Positions 20,166 to 30,694 are shown, counted from the stretch's first letter. The stretch: 64,000 nucleotides of DNA from an uncultured Candidatus Saccharibacteria bacterium (GCA_964629815.1 CAZVTA010000001.1:118357-182356); one strand, 5' to 3'. The notes: generated from the sequence alone by a model not told the origin. Numbers and translations: made by a program.

Positions 20166-20233
20166 TGCGTATACCTAATTTATTGCTTGCCCAATTGTAT
20201 CAATCCCCTGCCCGATAACCAAAAGCACGTCGT

Positions 20234-20584
20234 TCAGGTGAGTTTGGTGTATTTGAGGTTTTTGCCTTTGGCTTTCTCGACGGGGTATTTTTGTTCGTTG
20301 ATACGCATTTTACGCTCGAACTCGGCCGGAATATCTATGTCGAGATCGTGGCACAACAGTAGTGTGCTGTAGAGAACATCCATAAGCTCGTCTGCGACGG
20401 CTTGTTTGTTGGTACGTACGTGCTCTTCGATTTGCTGAGGCGTCTTCCACTTAAACTCGTCAAGCAGCTCGGCAGCCTCGCAGATGATGGATATAGCAGT
20501 GTCTTTGGGGTTATGGAATTGTTTCCAGTCGCGCTCGTCGCGGAAGCCTACTATACGTGCCTGCAGTTTTTTGATGTCGCTCAT
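20234..20584 (-). CDS. MazG-like nucleotide pyrophosphohydrolase
   Basis: FRDERDWKQFHNPKD..EAAEL..DELMDV..KM..N..KYP. Confidence 0.9.
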   Translation of the reverse strand: MSDIKKLQARIVGFRDERDWKQFHNPKDTAISIICEAAELLDEFKWKTPQQIEEHVRTNKQAVADELMDVLYSTLLLCHDLDIDIPAEFERKMRINEQKYPVEKAKGKNLKYTKLT

Positions 20585-20629
20585 AACCACAGTATAACCC
20601 AGCGACCAAAACTGCTGTATAGTGTAGGC

Positions 20630-20884
20630 ATGACCGAGCGTTGGATTGGTGAGATAGATAACGTTTTTGACGACGGTGACTTTAATGCAACCGTTGGCCC
20701 AACATTTGATGAACGACCTTGGGTAGTACAGGTGCCGTCACGAAATGTTACTGAAACAGAACGCTCAAAGATTGTTCCTTGCAGGCGATTTTATTGTGAT
20801 ATCGAATTTGTGGATGAAGTGCTTCGTACCGTACGCGGCATAGAGTTTATTGAACCAGATTCGTTACCGTCTAGCACAGTCTAG
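20630..20884 (+). CDS. hypothetical protein
   Basis: ATG at 20630, 6 nt after TATAGT. Confidence 0.5.
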   Translation: MTERWIGEIDNVFDDGDFNATVGPTFDERPWVVQVPSRNVTETERSKIVPCRRFYCDIEFVDEVLRTVRGIEFIEPDSLPSSTV

Positions 20885-20889
20885 CTCTT

Positions 20890-21617
20890 CTATTGGCGGT
20901 TTTTGCGGCGCTTGGTTGGGAGTAGTTTGCGAAGCTTGCTTCTGAACAAGAAAGCCGTGCCAGCAATGGCCAAGGCTGCGAGGACTACGATGAGTACAAG
21001 CGGTAGTGAGTCCTCTTCTTTTGAGGTTTCTTCGATTTTAGCAGGCTGAGCTGTGTCGGCTGTTGTTGTGGTGTTGCTGGTGGTTGTGGATGTGTCTGAG
21101 CTGGTTGACGTAGATGGTGTGTTTGCAGTAGGCGTAGTGGTAGTAGCCTTCTTGGCAGTGGAACTGCTGTTTGATGACGGGCTGCTGGTAGTAGATTTGA
21201 CGATTGGGTTGATGATAATTTTGCTAGCAACTGGCGTGGAACCTATCGGGCAGTCGTTTACAAACACAGGGTCAGTGTAGTTAATGGGTACTGGTGTGAT
21301 GGTAATTGTTTGCTGACTGGTAACAGTGCCAAGCGAAAATGTCTTGATGTAGTTTGTCGAGCCACGACTACCTGGACCGATTTCTCCAGAAATGCCTGCC
21401 CCGCTGACTGTTTGCGATACCACGGGGTCTTGATTGCTAATCGTTATGTTAGATGAGGCATCGGATTCAACCGATAGCGTAACGGTTTGAGCACTATTAA
21501 CGACACTTTTACAGTCGGTGTTGGCGTCGATAATTGCCGTAAGGCTAGTCGCATGCACCTGTGGCGTATTTCCGGCAATTAGAGCAATAAGGAGTGTAAG
21601 GGTCAGTAGTTTTTCAT
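20890..21617 (-). pseudogene. secreted Ser/Thr-rich, C-terminally anchored surface protein with a one-base frameshift just after the start codon
   Basis: ATG-A5-CTACTG; one extra A gives signal peptide MKKLLTLTLLIALIAGNTPQVHA in frame with ORF 20890-21558. Confidence 0.65.
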
Positions 21618-21684
21618 GTTTTTGTGTCCTTAATTATGCTGCAATTGTAGCATAATCGAACATCTGTAAACTAGCGCTCGGTGT

Positions 21685-23085
21685 TTACTTGGCTGGCTTA
21701 GTGATGCCACCGTAGTGGTATATATCGCGGTTAGATACCACGACTTCCTTGCGTGGTAAGCCTTCGCATGGGTCGGTGGGTTTTGCGGCAGGCGCATGTG
21801 GTTTGTCGGCTGGGCCGTCGTCGCAGCTTTTAATAACTACACCGGCGCCAACGAGTACGATTGGTGCAAGGATCCACGGCAAGAAGCGTCGCTTCTTTTT
21901 CTCGGGTTTCTCTGTTGGCTCTTCGACTGGCTCTTCTGATTCTTCGATTGGTTCTGGACCTGCTTGGTCTGCAGGAAGTGGTTCGTCGTCTCCTTCACTG
22001 TCGTCTGGTTCTCCGTCTACGCCACCAGCACCTGAGCCTGTTCCGCCACCTACTCCTGCTCTGCTGCCGGCCGTTGAAGCATTACGTCGAATTTCCGAGA
22101 TGTTACGCATAAACAAGAAACCACCAGCAGCAATAGTGCCGAAAGTTACACCACCAATAACTATTGGAAGCGCGTATGGCACCGTAGCCTCAAAAGATTC
22201 TACTTCGGTACGGTGCTCGGTTACAGTTTTAATAGCAACAATACATACTTCTTCTTCCGTTGGTTTGCTACCTGGTTCGCCCTCTATGGTACGCGTTGCA
22301 ACAATGGTTTGAATAGTGCCGCGTTGACTATCGAGGAGTATATCGAACAAAGCAGCAACGGTAGGTGGTAGCTGATTTCTATCATCGTTGTAAGCTTTTA
22401 CGAGTGCCTCGGCGTTTGCATAGCCAAACTGGTCTGCAAGACCTTGAATAATGTGTACCTGGTTATCTTTTAAAAAACCTTCGCGGCCGGGGACTGCTAC
22501 AACCGCAATGTCCTCTAGCTTATTGGCCGCTTTGGTTTTTTCGATAGTGTCAATAACTGCGTCACGGCGGGTGTCGGCTAGTTCTATGTTCTTGGTACTT
22601 GGCGTTTGTAAGCCGGCGCTGCCGTCTGTGCTGTCGTCTTCTGCCGAGCTCAAGCCCTGTACTTCTATAGATACGCTATCCCAACCGTGCGTCTTGAGAG
22701 TAATGGCGGTTTTAAGCATTGCTTCGGCATCTTCTTGGCTAAATTCGCGTGCAACTGCATCCTCTGCAAACTCACGCGCATAGGGGCTTTTTACATCTGT
22801 AATGCGTGTAATCTGCTCTGTTTCGTCTGCTGTTGGCTCGCTGCCATCAATCGTAGTTGACTGTACATAAGGTTCGCCAGCTGGTTCGCGAGAAATAATA
22901 CGAGATGTTTTAACTTTTTCTGCAAAGGGGTTGAGGTCGCCTATCTCTACACGTGGTCCATGGCCTTCGTGCTCTGGCGTGTACTCAATATATAGGTGTA
23001 ATAGTGCGCTTGCAGCAACGGTAGCCGCAAGTGTTCCGCGGAATATACGGTCGCCGAGAGCTTGCGTTTCGGGGTTACGTGACAT
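21685..23085 (-). CDS. hypothetical multi-anchored membrane protein with Gly/acidic linker
   Basis: 466-aa ORF, three hydrophobic segments. Confidence 0.65.
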   Translation of the reverse strand: MSRNPETQALGDRIFRGTLAATVAASALLHLYIEYTPEHEGHGPRVEIGDLNPFAEKVKTSRIISREPAGEPYVQSTTIDGSEPTADETEQITRITDVKSPYAREFAEDAVAREFSQEDAEAMLKTAITLKTHGWDSVSIEVQGLSSAEDDSTDGSAGLQTPSTKNIELADTRRDAVIDTIEKTKAANKLEDIAVVAVPGREGFLKDNQVHIIQGLADQFGYANAEALVKAYNDDRNQLPPTVAALFDILLDSQRGTIQTIVATRTIEGEPGSKPTEEEVCIVAIKTVTEHRTEVESFEATVPYALPIVIGGVTFGTIAAGGFLFMRNISEIRRNASTAGSRAGVGGGTGSGAGGVDGEPDDSEGDDEPLPADQAGPEPIEESEEPVEEPTEKPEKKKRRFLPWILAPIVLVGAGVVIKSCDDGPADKPHAPAAKPTDPCEGLPRKEVVVSNRDIYHYGGITKPAK

Positions 23086-23127
23086 AATATGCTTATTTTA
23101 GCATAATAAGAATAAAAAAGCAATACT

Positions 23128-23793
23128 TTATTGCTCTGTTGGAGCTGTGTCAACAGATACGATACTGTCTTGATAGATACTAACTGAAAGAGTTGTTGTT
23201 CGATCAACCTTATCCCAAAGATCACGGTCAACCTCTTGGCGTCCGGTAATTTGTTTTGGTTTGCTGTCTGGGTCGTCTGGATCTGCTGGTTTTGTGGCAG
23301 TTATCCATAAGAAATAGCGTGTCGTTCGGTTGGCGACTGCGTCTTTTGGTGCACGGGCTTCGCAGCCAGTGTTGCGAGAAGGTGGCGCCTTGAATTCGCG
23401 TCTTGGAAAAACAGTCGGACATTCAAGAACAGTCACCTCTTCATCGAGCGTGTAGTCGTATTCTGTTCTGTACTCTGCCTCGCAGTGCGAAGTTTCATCA
23501 GATAGGCATGTCGACCAAAAGCATTCGGTGTCGTCTATGCTTATGTCGAACGGACCATCTGTTACTTCTTTGCATCCGTCAAACTCGCGATGAGTGCGCA
23601 CATGATAGGCGTTGAATGGCAGGTATGTTTCGTTCTGGTGCTCTACTGGCCTCGTAGCGGTAAATTCAGTTTCGATGCCTTGCGAAAAGCCAACCGCATG
23701 CCCTTCTACGCTTATTTCTGATTCCCCACATCCACCCGCAATCAGTGAAGCGCTTAGGCCTGTTGCGGCGGCAATGGTGCGTAGTTTGTTCAT
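23128..23793 (-). CDS. putative lipoprotein
   Basis: Signal peptide ending IAGGC; Cys-rich mature part. Confidence 0.6.
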   Translation of the reverse strand: MNKLRTIAAATGLSASLIAGGCGESEISVEGHAVGFSQGIETEFTATRPVEHQNETYLPFNAYHVRTHREFDGCKEVTDGPFDISIDDTECFWSTCLSDETSHCEAEYRTEYDYTLDEEVTVLECPTVFPRREFKAPPSRNTGCEARAPKDAVANRTTRYFLWITATKPADPDDPDSKPKQITGRQEVDRDLWDKVDRTTTLSVSIYQDSIVSVDTAPTEQ

Positions 23794-23878
23794 TAAAACA
23801 AAGATTACAATATTACGAATAATAAGTAAATATTGCTCGTTTGACCAAAGCGCTATATATCAGATAAGATAAAGCAAT

Positions 23879-25426
23879 ATGGCAACACTTAAAGACTACC
23901 GCGACGAGCGACTCCGCAAACTAGGCGAACTGAAAGAACTCGGCATAAATCCCTACCCTGCAAAAGCCACGCGTACGTACACCAACCAAACCATTGTCGA
24001 CGACTTTAAAAGGCTTGAAGGTCAGTCGGCCACTGTTGTGGGGCGAATTGTAAACATTCGTAAGTTTGGCAAAATTGCATTTATTGTATTGCGTGATGCC
24101 ACGGGTAGCCTGCAATTGTTTTTGAAAGAAGGCGTGGTTACTGACCTCGATGCAAATAAAGGAACACTTGGTATAGATCAGTTGCCGTTGCTCGACAGTG
24201 GTGATTTTATTCAAGCAAGTGGTACGGTTATAAAAACCCAAACGGGAGAAATATCGGTCGAAGTACAAGAACTTCGCTTGCTAACCAAAGCACTGCGCCC
24301 CCTGCCAAGCGTGCAAGATGGCTTTACGAATAAGGAAGAACGTCTGCGCAGACGCTATGTTGATACCAATGTGAACGTAGATGTCTACGAGCGATTTTTA
24401 CGCCGAAGCGCCTTCTGGCAAGCAACCAGACAGTGTCTTATCGACGAAGGTTTTGTCGAGATTAATATTCCTGTACTTGAAACCACCACTGGCGGAGCCG
24501 ATGCCAACCCGTTTGTAACGCATATGGATGCGCTCAATCAAGATTTTTACCTGCGCATTAGCCACGAATTGCCACTTAAGCGATTGCTTGTAGGTGGCTA
24601 CGAAAAGGTATTCGATATTGGCCCACGCTTCCGTAACGAAAACTATAGCGACGAGCATTTACCAGAGCACGTTGCTATGGAGTGGTACTGGGCATATGCC
24701 GACTGGGAAATGGGTATGCAGTTTACGCAAAAGTTGGTTCGGACTGTAGCCGACAAGACCTGGGGTAGTCGTACCTTTACGCTGGCAAATGGCATGAAGG
24801 TAGATCTAGGCAAAGACGGCGAAGATTGGCCACGGATTAGCTTTGTTGACACCATTAAAGAAAAGTACGGGCTCGATGTATTTGCCTGTACACTTGATGA
24901 AGTAAAAGCACAGCTGAAAAAACACAATCTGGAAGTAGAAAAAAGCGAAAACCGCTCGCGTGGAATCGATAAGCTCTGGAAAAAAGTCCGCACCACTATA
25001 GCGGGGCCGGCATTCTTGGTCGACATCCCTACATTCTTGCAGCCCCTTGCAAAAACCCAAGCAGATAACCCAGAGTTAACCGAGCAGTTTAATCTGCTAC
25101 TTGGTGGCAGTGAGTTATGCAAGGCGTATTCTGAGCTGAACGACCCAATTGACCAGTTGAACAGATTTAAAGAACAGCAAGCCATGCGCGATGCGGGCGA
25201 CGACGAAGCCATGATGATGGATATCGACTTTGTTGAGGCGCTCGAATATGCTATGCCGCCTGCCTGTGGTTTTGGGTATTCAGAGCGACTATTTTGGTAT
25301 CTCGAAGGTGTTACTGCGCGCGAAGGTGTGGTCTTTCCGCAATTGCGCCGCGAAATAGACGAAGTTACCAAAACTATTTATCCTGAACTGTACGGCGAAA
25401 AAAAAGCTGCAACGAAGGAATCCTAA
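23879..25426 (+). CDS. lysS: lysine--tRNA ligase (class II)
   Basis: OB-fold N-terminus, GGADANPF, FRNE, AYSELNDP, MPPACGFG. Confidence 0.96.
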   Translation: MATLKDYRDERLRKLGELKELGINPYPAKATRTYTNQTIVDDFKRLEGQSATVVGRIVNIRKFGKIAFIVLRDATGSLQLFLKEGVVTDLDANKGTLGIDQLPLLDSGDFIQASGTVIKTQTGEISVEVQELRLLTKALRPLPSVQDGFTNKEERLRRRYVDTNVNVDVYERFLRRSAFWQATRQCLIDEGFVEINIPVLETTTGGADANPFVTHMDALNQDFYLRISHELPLKRLLVGGYEKVFDIGPRFRNENYSDEHLPEHVAMEWYWAYADWEMGMQFTQKLVRTVADKTWGSRTFTLANGMKVDLGKDGEDWPRISFVDTIKEKYGLDVFACTLDEVKAQLKKHNLEVEKSENRSRGIDKLWKKVRTTIAGPAFLVDIPTFLQPLAKTQADNPELTEQFNLLLGGSELCKAYSELNDPIDQLNRFKEQQAMRDAGDDEAMMMDIDFVEALEYAMPPACGFGYSERLFWYLEGVTAREGVVFPQLRREIDEVTKTIYPELYGEKKAATKES

Positions 25427-25469
25427 ACCGTTTTTGTTTAACAGTGCCTGCTAGGCGTACTATGTAGCT

Positions 25470-26237
25470 ATGAGCACTTACGATACCTATCATCCGTGCG
25501 AAGCATTAAAAAACCCCAATGCATACTATGAGCGTGCTTTTCGGAATTATCCGCGGCCATGGTTGGTGCCCATTGTTGGCAACGCAGCATTAATGTTGAC
25601 GCGTCCTGATGTGCGTTTTTCTCAGCTTGAATACGATTGTGACACGTATTTCGAGCAGATTCCTGATGATATACCGCTTATTATGGCGTTCTCCCACCGT
25701 GGTAAACGCCAACTACACGACCCCGCTGCTGGCATTGCAGCAGTGTATGCACTCGACCCAATGCGCGACCGCATACCAGGTATGAGACCATGGGCGGCCG
25801 TAACGTATATGACCGATAAAAAGCTCGGCCCCATTATCGTTCGGCATGGTGGTGTGTCGGTTATTCGTAGCGGCGACTATGCAAAGTTTGGTCTGAACCC
25901 GAGCGAAGAAGACCGAGAAATGGTGACTGAAGCGCTCATTGACCACACGGCCGAATATCTTGACCGAACTGGTGGAACGGTTCCGATATTCCCTGCCGGC
26001 ACCAAAGGTGCCGAGCAAATGCGAGCGGGTGTAGGTATGGTTATGGAGCGACTTGAAGACGCAGTTGCGGTACCGGTTGCCATAGCCTCTGCTAATGAAG
26101 ATTCCGGACAGATTCCGAAAGATTTACGGCTGTGTTTCGGTGAGCCTATCTACTGCGAATCTGGTACTAAAGCCGATGAATACGTTGCGAGTTTGCAAAG
26201 CTCTATGGATGTAGCAAGCTCAGTTGCACGCGCATAA
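25470..26237 (+). CDS. divergent glycerolipid acyltransferase (PlsC-like)
   Basis: SH....HD, IFPAGT, VPVAI, FGEPI blocks. Confidence 0.6.
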   Translation: MSTYDTYHPCEALKNPNAYYERAFRNYPRPWLVPIVGNAALMLTRPDVRFSQLEYDCDTYFEQIPDDIPLIMAFSHRGKRQLHDPAAGIAAVYALDPMRDRIPGMRPWAAVTYMTDKKLGPIIVRHGGVSVIRSGDYAKFGLNPSEEDREMVTEALIDHTAEYLDRTGGTVPIFPAGTKGAEQMRAGVGMVMERLEDAVAVPVAIASANEDSGQIPKDLRLCFGEPIYCESGTKADEYVASLQSSMDVASSVARA

Positions 26238-26261
26238 TTATTTTCATGCTACACTAGCAGT

Positions 26262-26465
26262 ATGGCAAAAGAAGAACGAAACTTTATAAAAATTAACAAA
26301 CGTGATGGCTCTGTCGGTGGTGCCATGTTCTTGTCGTTTGTTGGTGCGGCAGTTTATTTTGTAAATCAGGTCGACGGGTTTTGGAATATTATCGTAGCGC
26401 TCCTTAAAGCAGCAGTCTGGCCCGCAATTTTGGTTTATAACATCTTGCAGTCGTTTACTGCATAG
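26262..26465 (+). CDS. small membrane protein
   Basis: Two TMs, FW....ALLKAAVWPA. Confidence 0.6.
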   Translation: MAKEERNFIKINKRDGSVGGAMFLSFVGAAVYFVNQVDGFWNIIVALLKAAVWPAILVYNILQSFTA

Positions 26466-26512
26466 AATATTCCTCGATGGAGAGCGTATACTAGTAGTGG
26501 AGGATTATTGTT

Positions 26513-26776
26513 ATGACGAAACAATGTCAAAGTTGCGGTATGCCACTAAAAACCAAAAAAGCTGGTGATTGCCGTGGTACAGAAAAAGACGGTTCAAAGA
26601 GCGAGAAATGGTGCAAGCTCTGTTATAAAAACGGTTCGTTTATAGGACCGGATTGTACCTTGGATGAAATGAAAGGCATTGTTGATAATGCCCTCAAAGA
26701 ACAAGGCAGTGGACGAATCATGCGCTGGATGGCACAGAAGCAGCTCCCCCGATTAGAGCGATGGAGAGGCCGGTAG
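26513..26776 (+). CDS. zinc-ribbon domain protein
   Basis: CQSCGMP..GTEKDGS....C..CY..G.F..LPRLERW. Confidence 0.85.
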   Translation: MTKQCQSCGMPLKTKKAGDCRGTEKDGSKSEKWCKLCYKNGSFIGPDCTLDEMKGIVDNALKEQGSGRIMRWMAQKQLPRLERWRGR

Positions 26777-26778
26777 TC

Positions 26779-27033
26779 ATGGATGGATCGATAACAGCAG
26801 GTACGGTGCACCAAGTTCCGGCCGATCTAAAGCAAGCCTTGCTTGCTGATAAAAAGTCTTTAGAACTGTGGGAAACACTTACACCACTTGGAAGGAATGA
26901 GTTTATTTGCTGGACCATAACCACCAAAAAACCCGAAACCCGAGCTAATCATATCAGGCGTATTGTCACCGAGGTAAAACAAGGTAAACGTCGTCCGTGT
27001 TGTTGGGCAGGTTGTCCACACCGCAATAAATAA
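26779..27033 (+). CDS. YdeI/OmpD-associated family protein
   Basis: VPADL..AL..W..LTP..RNE.ICW...KK.ETR..RRPCCWAGC. Confidence 0.82.
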   Translation: MDGSITAGTVHQVPADLKQALLADKKSLELWETLTPLGRNEFICWTITTKKPETRANHIRRIVTEVKQGKRRPCCWAGCPHRNK

Positions 27034-27057
27034 CAGATTGCCTGTTACAATGTAGTC

Positions 27058-27561
27058 ATGAAGAAGAATGTAATTATTGTAGTCTTGGTTATAGTAGTAT
27101 GCGTGCTTGGATATGGTATTTACACAAACAAAACAACAAGCGACACACAGACTACGGCGACCAGTGATACCAGCACAAGTACTGGCAAGGCTATTGATCT
27201 TGCCAACACGCAGCTCACGCAATTGAATAAAGATATATTAGATAACAAAAACATAACAAAACTAGATGTGAGTAACAATAGACTGACTGGTGCTCTACCT
27301 GCCGAACTACGTAAGCTAGTTAATCTCGAGATCTTGGATGCTTCGGATAACTTAATGACTGGCATCCCAGCAGAGATTGGGCAGTTAAGAAAGTTACGTG
27401 TGGCAAATTTTGCCAACAATAACATATCGGGTTTACCTTACGAGCTAGGCAACCTGAGTAACCTAGAAACACTCGACTTGCGTGGTAATCCGAACATATC
27501 TAAGTTTGACATTGATAAAATTCAGCCTAAAATTCCTCGTTGCAAAATTTTAGCAGATTAG
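27058..27561 (+). CDS. membrane-anchored leucine-rich repeat protein
   Basis: N-terminal TM, repeats LDVSNNRLTGALPAEL / LDASDNLMTGIPAEIG. Confidence 0.88.
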   Translation: MKKNVIIVVLVIVVCVLGYGIYTNKTTSDTQTTATSDTSTSTGKAIDLANTQLTQLNKDILDNKNITKLDVSNNRLTGALPAELRKLVNLEILDASDNLMTGIPAEIGQLRKLRVANFANNNISGLPYELGNLSNLETLDLRGNPNISKFDIDKIQPKIPRCKILAD

Positions 27562-27571
27562 TCAGTTGTCT

Positions 27572-28033
27572 CTAGAATTTATTAACCTCTATTTTGTGCA
27601 TTTGCATTAGCTTCTTGAACGCACCTGGCTTCTTCATAAGTTCGCCCATGTTTGCAGGTACGATCTGCCAGCTGAGACCGTATTTGTCTTTGCACCAACC
27701 ACACTGCTCTGATTCTGGCACAGCAGAAAGTTTGCCCCAAAAGTAGTCTATTTCTGCTTGATCTTTGCATGAAACAGAAAATGAAACGGCTTCGGTGAAC
27801 TTAAATTCTGGTCCCGCGTTGATGGCTACAAAAGCCATGTCTTCCAGTTCGAACTCTATCGTCAAAACCTTGCCAGCTAGATTTTTCTGAAAGTCAGCCA
27901 GGCCTTCATCGCTGTTTTGTGGATAGTACTCGGTCGAGATAATTTTGCTGTTTGGAAAAACTGATACGTAATAATCTACAGCTTCTTTTGCGTTGCCATT
28001 AAACCATAAGTTTGGAACAATCTTTGCTTGCAT
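27572..28033 (-). CDS. VOC family protein (PhnB/3-demethylubiquinone-9 MTase-like)
   Basis: KIVPNLWFNGNAKEA..YY, INAGP.F.F, CGWCKDKYGLSWQI. Confidence 0.88.
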   Translation of the reverse strand: MQAKIVPNLWFNGNAKEAVDYYVSVFPNSKIISTEYYPQNSDEGLADFQKNLAGKVLTIEFELEDMAFVAINAGPEFKFTEAVSFSVSCKDQAEIDYFWGKLSAVPESEQCGWCKDKYGLSWQIVPANMGELMKKPGAFKKLMQMHKIEVNKF

Positions 28034-28064
28034 ACTACTCCTTTTTCGTAATGTAATATAATAA

Positions 28065-28430
28065 CTATTCTTCCCAAGGGGTGGCGAGCTGTAGATAATT
28101 GCCTTCTGGGTCTGCAACAGTTGCCTGCCAGAACTGAGTGTTCTCAGGGTCGGGGTGGTATGGCTTCGCAACTTCAGTGCCACCAGCTTCTATAAGCTTT
28201 TCATATGCAGCTTCGACATCCTTGTCTTCGAGTGCGATCATGATTCGCTCTGGCTGTGTTGCTTTTCCGTGAACTTCGCTGTGGGGGCCAAAGAATAGGT
28301 GCCCCGATCCGATATCCCATCCATACCAATCGCCTGGCATAGCCCATTTTGGCTCTCCAAACGCTTTTGTATAAAAAACCGCTAATTTTTTTGCATTTGC
28401 TGCACCCATCTGTACGCCATTAAGTTTCAT
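28065..28430 (-). CDS. VOC/glyoxalase family protein
   Basis: FY..AFG, DVEAAYEKL..AGG, DPEGN. Confidence 0.85.
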   Translation of the reverse strand: MKLNGVQMGAANAKKLAVFYTKAFGEPKWAMPGDWYGWDIGSGHLFFGPHSEVHGKATQPERIMIALEDKDVEAAYEKLIEAGGTEVAKPYHPDPENTQFWQATVADPEGNYLQLATPWEE

Positions 28431-28516
28431 GTGCTCTCCTTGTGTTGAGTATTATAGCGGTACGATAACGTAACACAATGCGAAATATATTACATCGCAT
28501 ACTGCCTTGGTATGGG

Positions 28517-29011
28517 CTAACTAGTTAGGTAGCTTCCAAAAGGACGTACATAGTGACAGGTGTACCCGTCGGGGTTGTTTTGTAGGTAATCTTGATGGTA
28601 TGTTTCGGCTGGCCAAAATTTGGTAAATGGCTCTAGTGTGGTGGCCACAGGCTCTTTCCAATTACCAGAAGCGTTGACTAGGTCGATCATTTCTTTTGCA
28701 TCTGCTAGCTCTTCCGCGTTTTGGTAAAAAACGGCTGACCGATAGGCATCGCCAATATCATTTCCTTGGCGATTGAGGGTGGTAGGATCGTGAGACCTGA
28801 AAAAGAAATCGAGGATTTTTAAATATGACGTTTTAGTATCGTCATAGGTTATTTCAAGTCCTTCTGCATGCCCCGGATGATTTTCATAGGTTGGATTATT
28901 GTTTTTGCCACCTGTGTAACCAACTTCGGTATCAATAATGCCGGGTTGCTTTCGCACTAAATCTTCTAACCCCCAAAAACACCCGCCAGCCAGATAGGCT
29001 TTCTTAATCAT
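28517..29011 (-). CDS. msrA: peptide-methionine (S)-S-oxide reductase
   Basis: GGCFWG, GHAE, HDPT..NRQG.D.G..YRS, AE.YHQ.Y. Confidence 0.95.
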   Translation of the reverse strand: MIKKAYLAGGCFWGLEDLVRKQPGIIDTEVGYTGGKNNNPTYENHPGHAEGLEITYDDTKTSYLKILDFFFRSHDPTTLNRQGNDIGDAYRSAVFYQNAEELADAKEMIDLVNASGNWKEPVATTLEPFTKFWPAETYHQDYLQNNPDGYTCHYVRPFGSYLTS

Positions 29012-29104
29012 ACGTGAGCACCCTGTCTCCTATTTAGTTCTAATGGTGGTTTGCTTTAACTAATCTCGAGCGCTATTGTAGCATATGCGCGTTGATAAGT
29101 CTGG

Positions 29105-30694
29105 CTATAGGCCTTCTTGGTGTCCGGGCATATTGATTTTGCCGCCCTCCATTCGGGAAATAAAAGCGACTATACCTGCAGTGCCCCAATGCCAAGATGG
29201 ATCTTTTGAGTAGTTTTGTTCGCCATCGTTGTCGTTCCAGAATATGACAGACCCATCCTTCCGTGCCATATTTTGAATCCATTGTAGTGCTTCTTTTGCA
29301 CCTACTTCATACCGTTTGTCGTTGGTCGTTTCTGCTAATTCTTTCAAGAACATGCCAACTCCGGCTGCGCCGTTATTTAGATTTGCATGTATGATTGGAT
29401 TTTGTGGAGCCTCGTCTTCGTGCCACGAATAGCCATTTTGGTCTTTTACTGCTACCGCGCCGAGCCAGTTTCCTGCACTGCGTGCAATGTCAAGATAATG
29501 TTGCTTGCCTGTAACTTTGTACGCCTGTAAGTATACCCAGCCAATTCCGGCGGCACCTTCTTCGAAACCGGTTGCAAGCTGTGAGTCGTCGCCACCTTGT
29601 GGGTCTAGGGTAAGTTTCCATGCCGTTTGATCGGCGTTCTTTACCATGGGGCCATTATCTTTATCTTCTAGCCAGCTAAACAATTCATCTGCTTTTTGTA
29701 AATATGTTTTATCACCGAATGTTTTGTAGAGCTTTAAGTACATAAAGGCTGCACCAGCTGCACCAGATAAATACCCTGAATTCATGGTCGTGTCACCGTC
29801 TTGTCCGATAACGCCAGTCTCTGGTATGGCTCGTGAATCACCATCATTGTTCCCAAGTTTAGCTCTCGTGATGTCTATATAGCGAAGTGTTCCATCGATA
29901 TGTTTTTTGCATAACTTTGCGAGCATTGGGTCGCTTGTTTGGAGTCTTTCGTAGAAAAGCGAGAATGTATGCACGAGACCCACCGCACCCATCCCCATAC
30001 CCATGTTCACGGGTGAATCTGGATCGTTTGCATCCCACTTCCAGCGATAGACTGGCGTGACGTCGTCTCCGACGTTTTTTGCTTGATCGAATGTCCATTG
30101 CAGCGAACCAATTGCCACTGCTTTGTACTGAGGGTCTTTTGTTTTTTCGTATAGGTTCCAGAAAAAATCGCCAATGCCAAGGGTGCCATCGTCAAACGAT
30201 GTATAGTATGATTCCGATACCTCGTTATCGTCTGCAAAATCAGGCCAGTACGGGTTGCCGTTTGCGTCTCGTTTTGCTACGGACGCAAGCCAGCTCGCTG
30301 TCGATTTCGCCGCAGACACCCACTTTTGATCTTGGGGAAACTGGTCAGCTAAAACCAAAAAACCCATACCAATGCCTGATGCGCCAACATCTCGATCGGT
30401 CTGGAAATGAGGCGACTGGATAGAACTTTGATACCTCCATCCATCTTTTGTCTCGTCGCGCATGTCGATGAGTGATTGACCAGTAAGGGTAAGTAGTTCT
30501 GTAGGCGACGCAATTTCGGCAGCTCGGCCAATGGTTGAATGTTCGTTATCTGTCAATTGGGGGTTGCTGTCTGGTTTGAGCGAGCAACCAACAAGACCTG
30601 TCGTAAGCAGAGCGCCCACGCCAATGGCGGTCAATAACTGCCTGCGTGAGGGATGAAAATTGTGTGTGGGTGGGGGTGTCTCGGGACCAGACAT
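29105..30694 (-). CDS. LanC-like / (alpha/alpha)6-barrel exported lipoprotein
   Basis: Repeated G..G.AG helices (SGAAGA, EGAAGIG, NGAAGVG, WGTAGI); N-terminal SRRQLL and LVGC lipobox. Confidence 0.7.
   Translation of the reverse strand: MSGPETPPPTHNFHPSRRQLLTAIGVGALLTTGLVGCSLKPDSNPQLTDNEHSTIGRAAEIASPTELLTLTGQSLIDMRDETKDGWRYQSSIQSPHFQTDRDVGASGIGMGFLVLADQFPQDQKWVSAAKSTASWLASVAKRDANGNPYWPDFADDNEVSESYYTSFDDGTLGIGDFFWNLYEKTKDPQYKAVAIGSLQWTFDQAKNVGDDVTPVYRWKWDANDPDSPVNMGMGMGAVGLVHTFSLFYERLQTSDPMLAKLCKKHIDGTLRYIDITRAKLGNNDGDSRAIPETGVIGQDGDTTMNSGYLSGAAGAAFMYLKLYKTFGDKTYLQKADELFSWLEDKDNGPMVKNADQTAWKLTLDPQGGDDSQLATGFEEGAAGIGWVYLQAYKVTGKQHYLDIARSAGNWLGAVAVKDQNGYSWHEDEAPQNPIIHANLNNGAAGVGMFLKELAETTNDKRYEVGAKEALQWIQNMARKDGSVIFWNDNDGEQNYSKDPSWHWGTAGIVAFISRMEGGKINMPGHQEGL

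Noticed and set aside
24643-25371. Long antisense ORFs (this one, also 44426-45094 and 49790-50569)
   Set aside because: Antisense shadows of well-supported genes, with no motifs or expression signals
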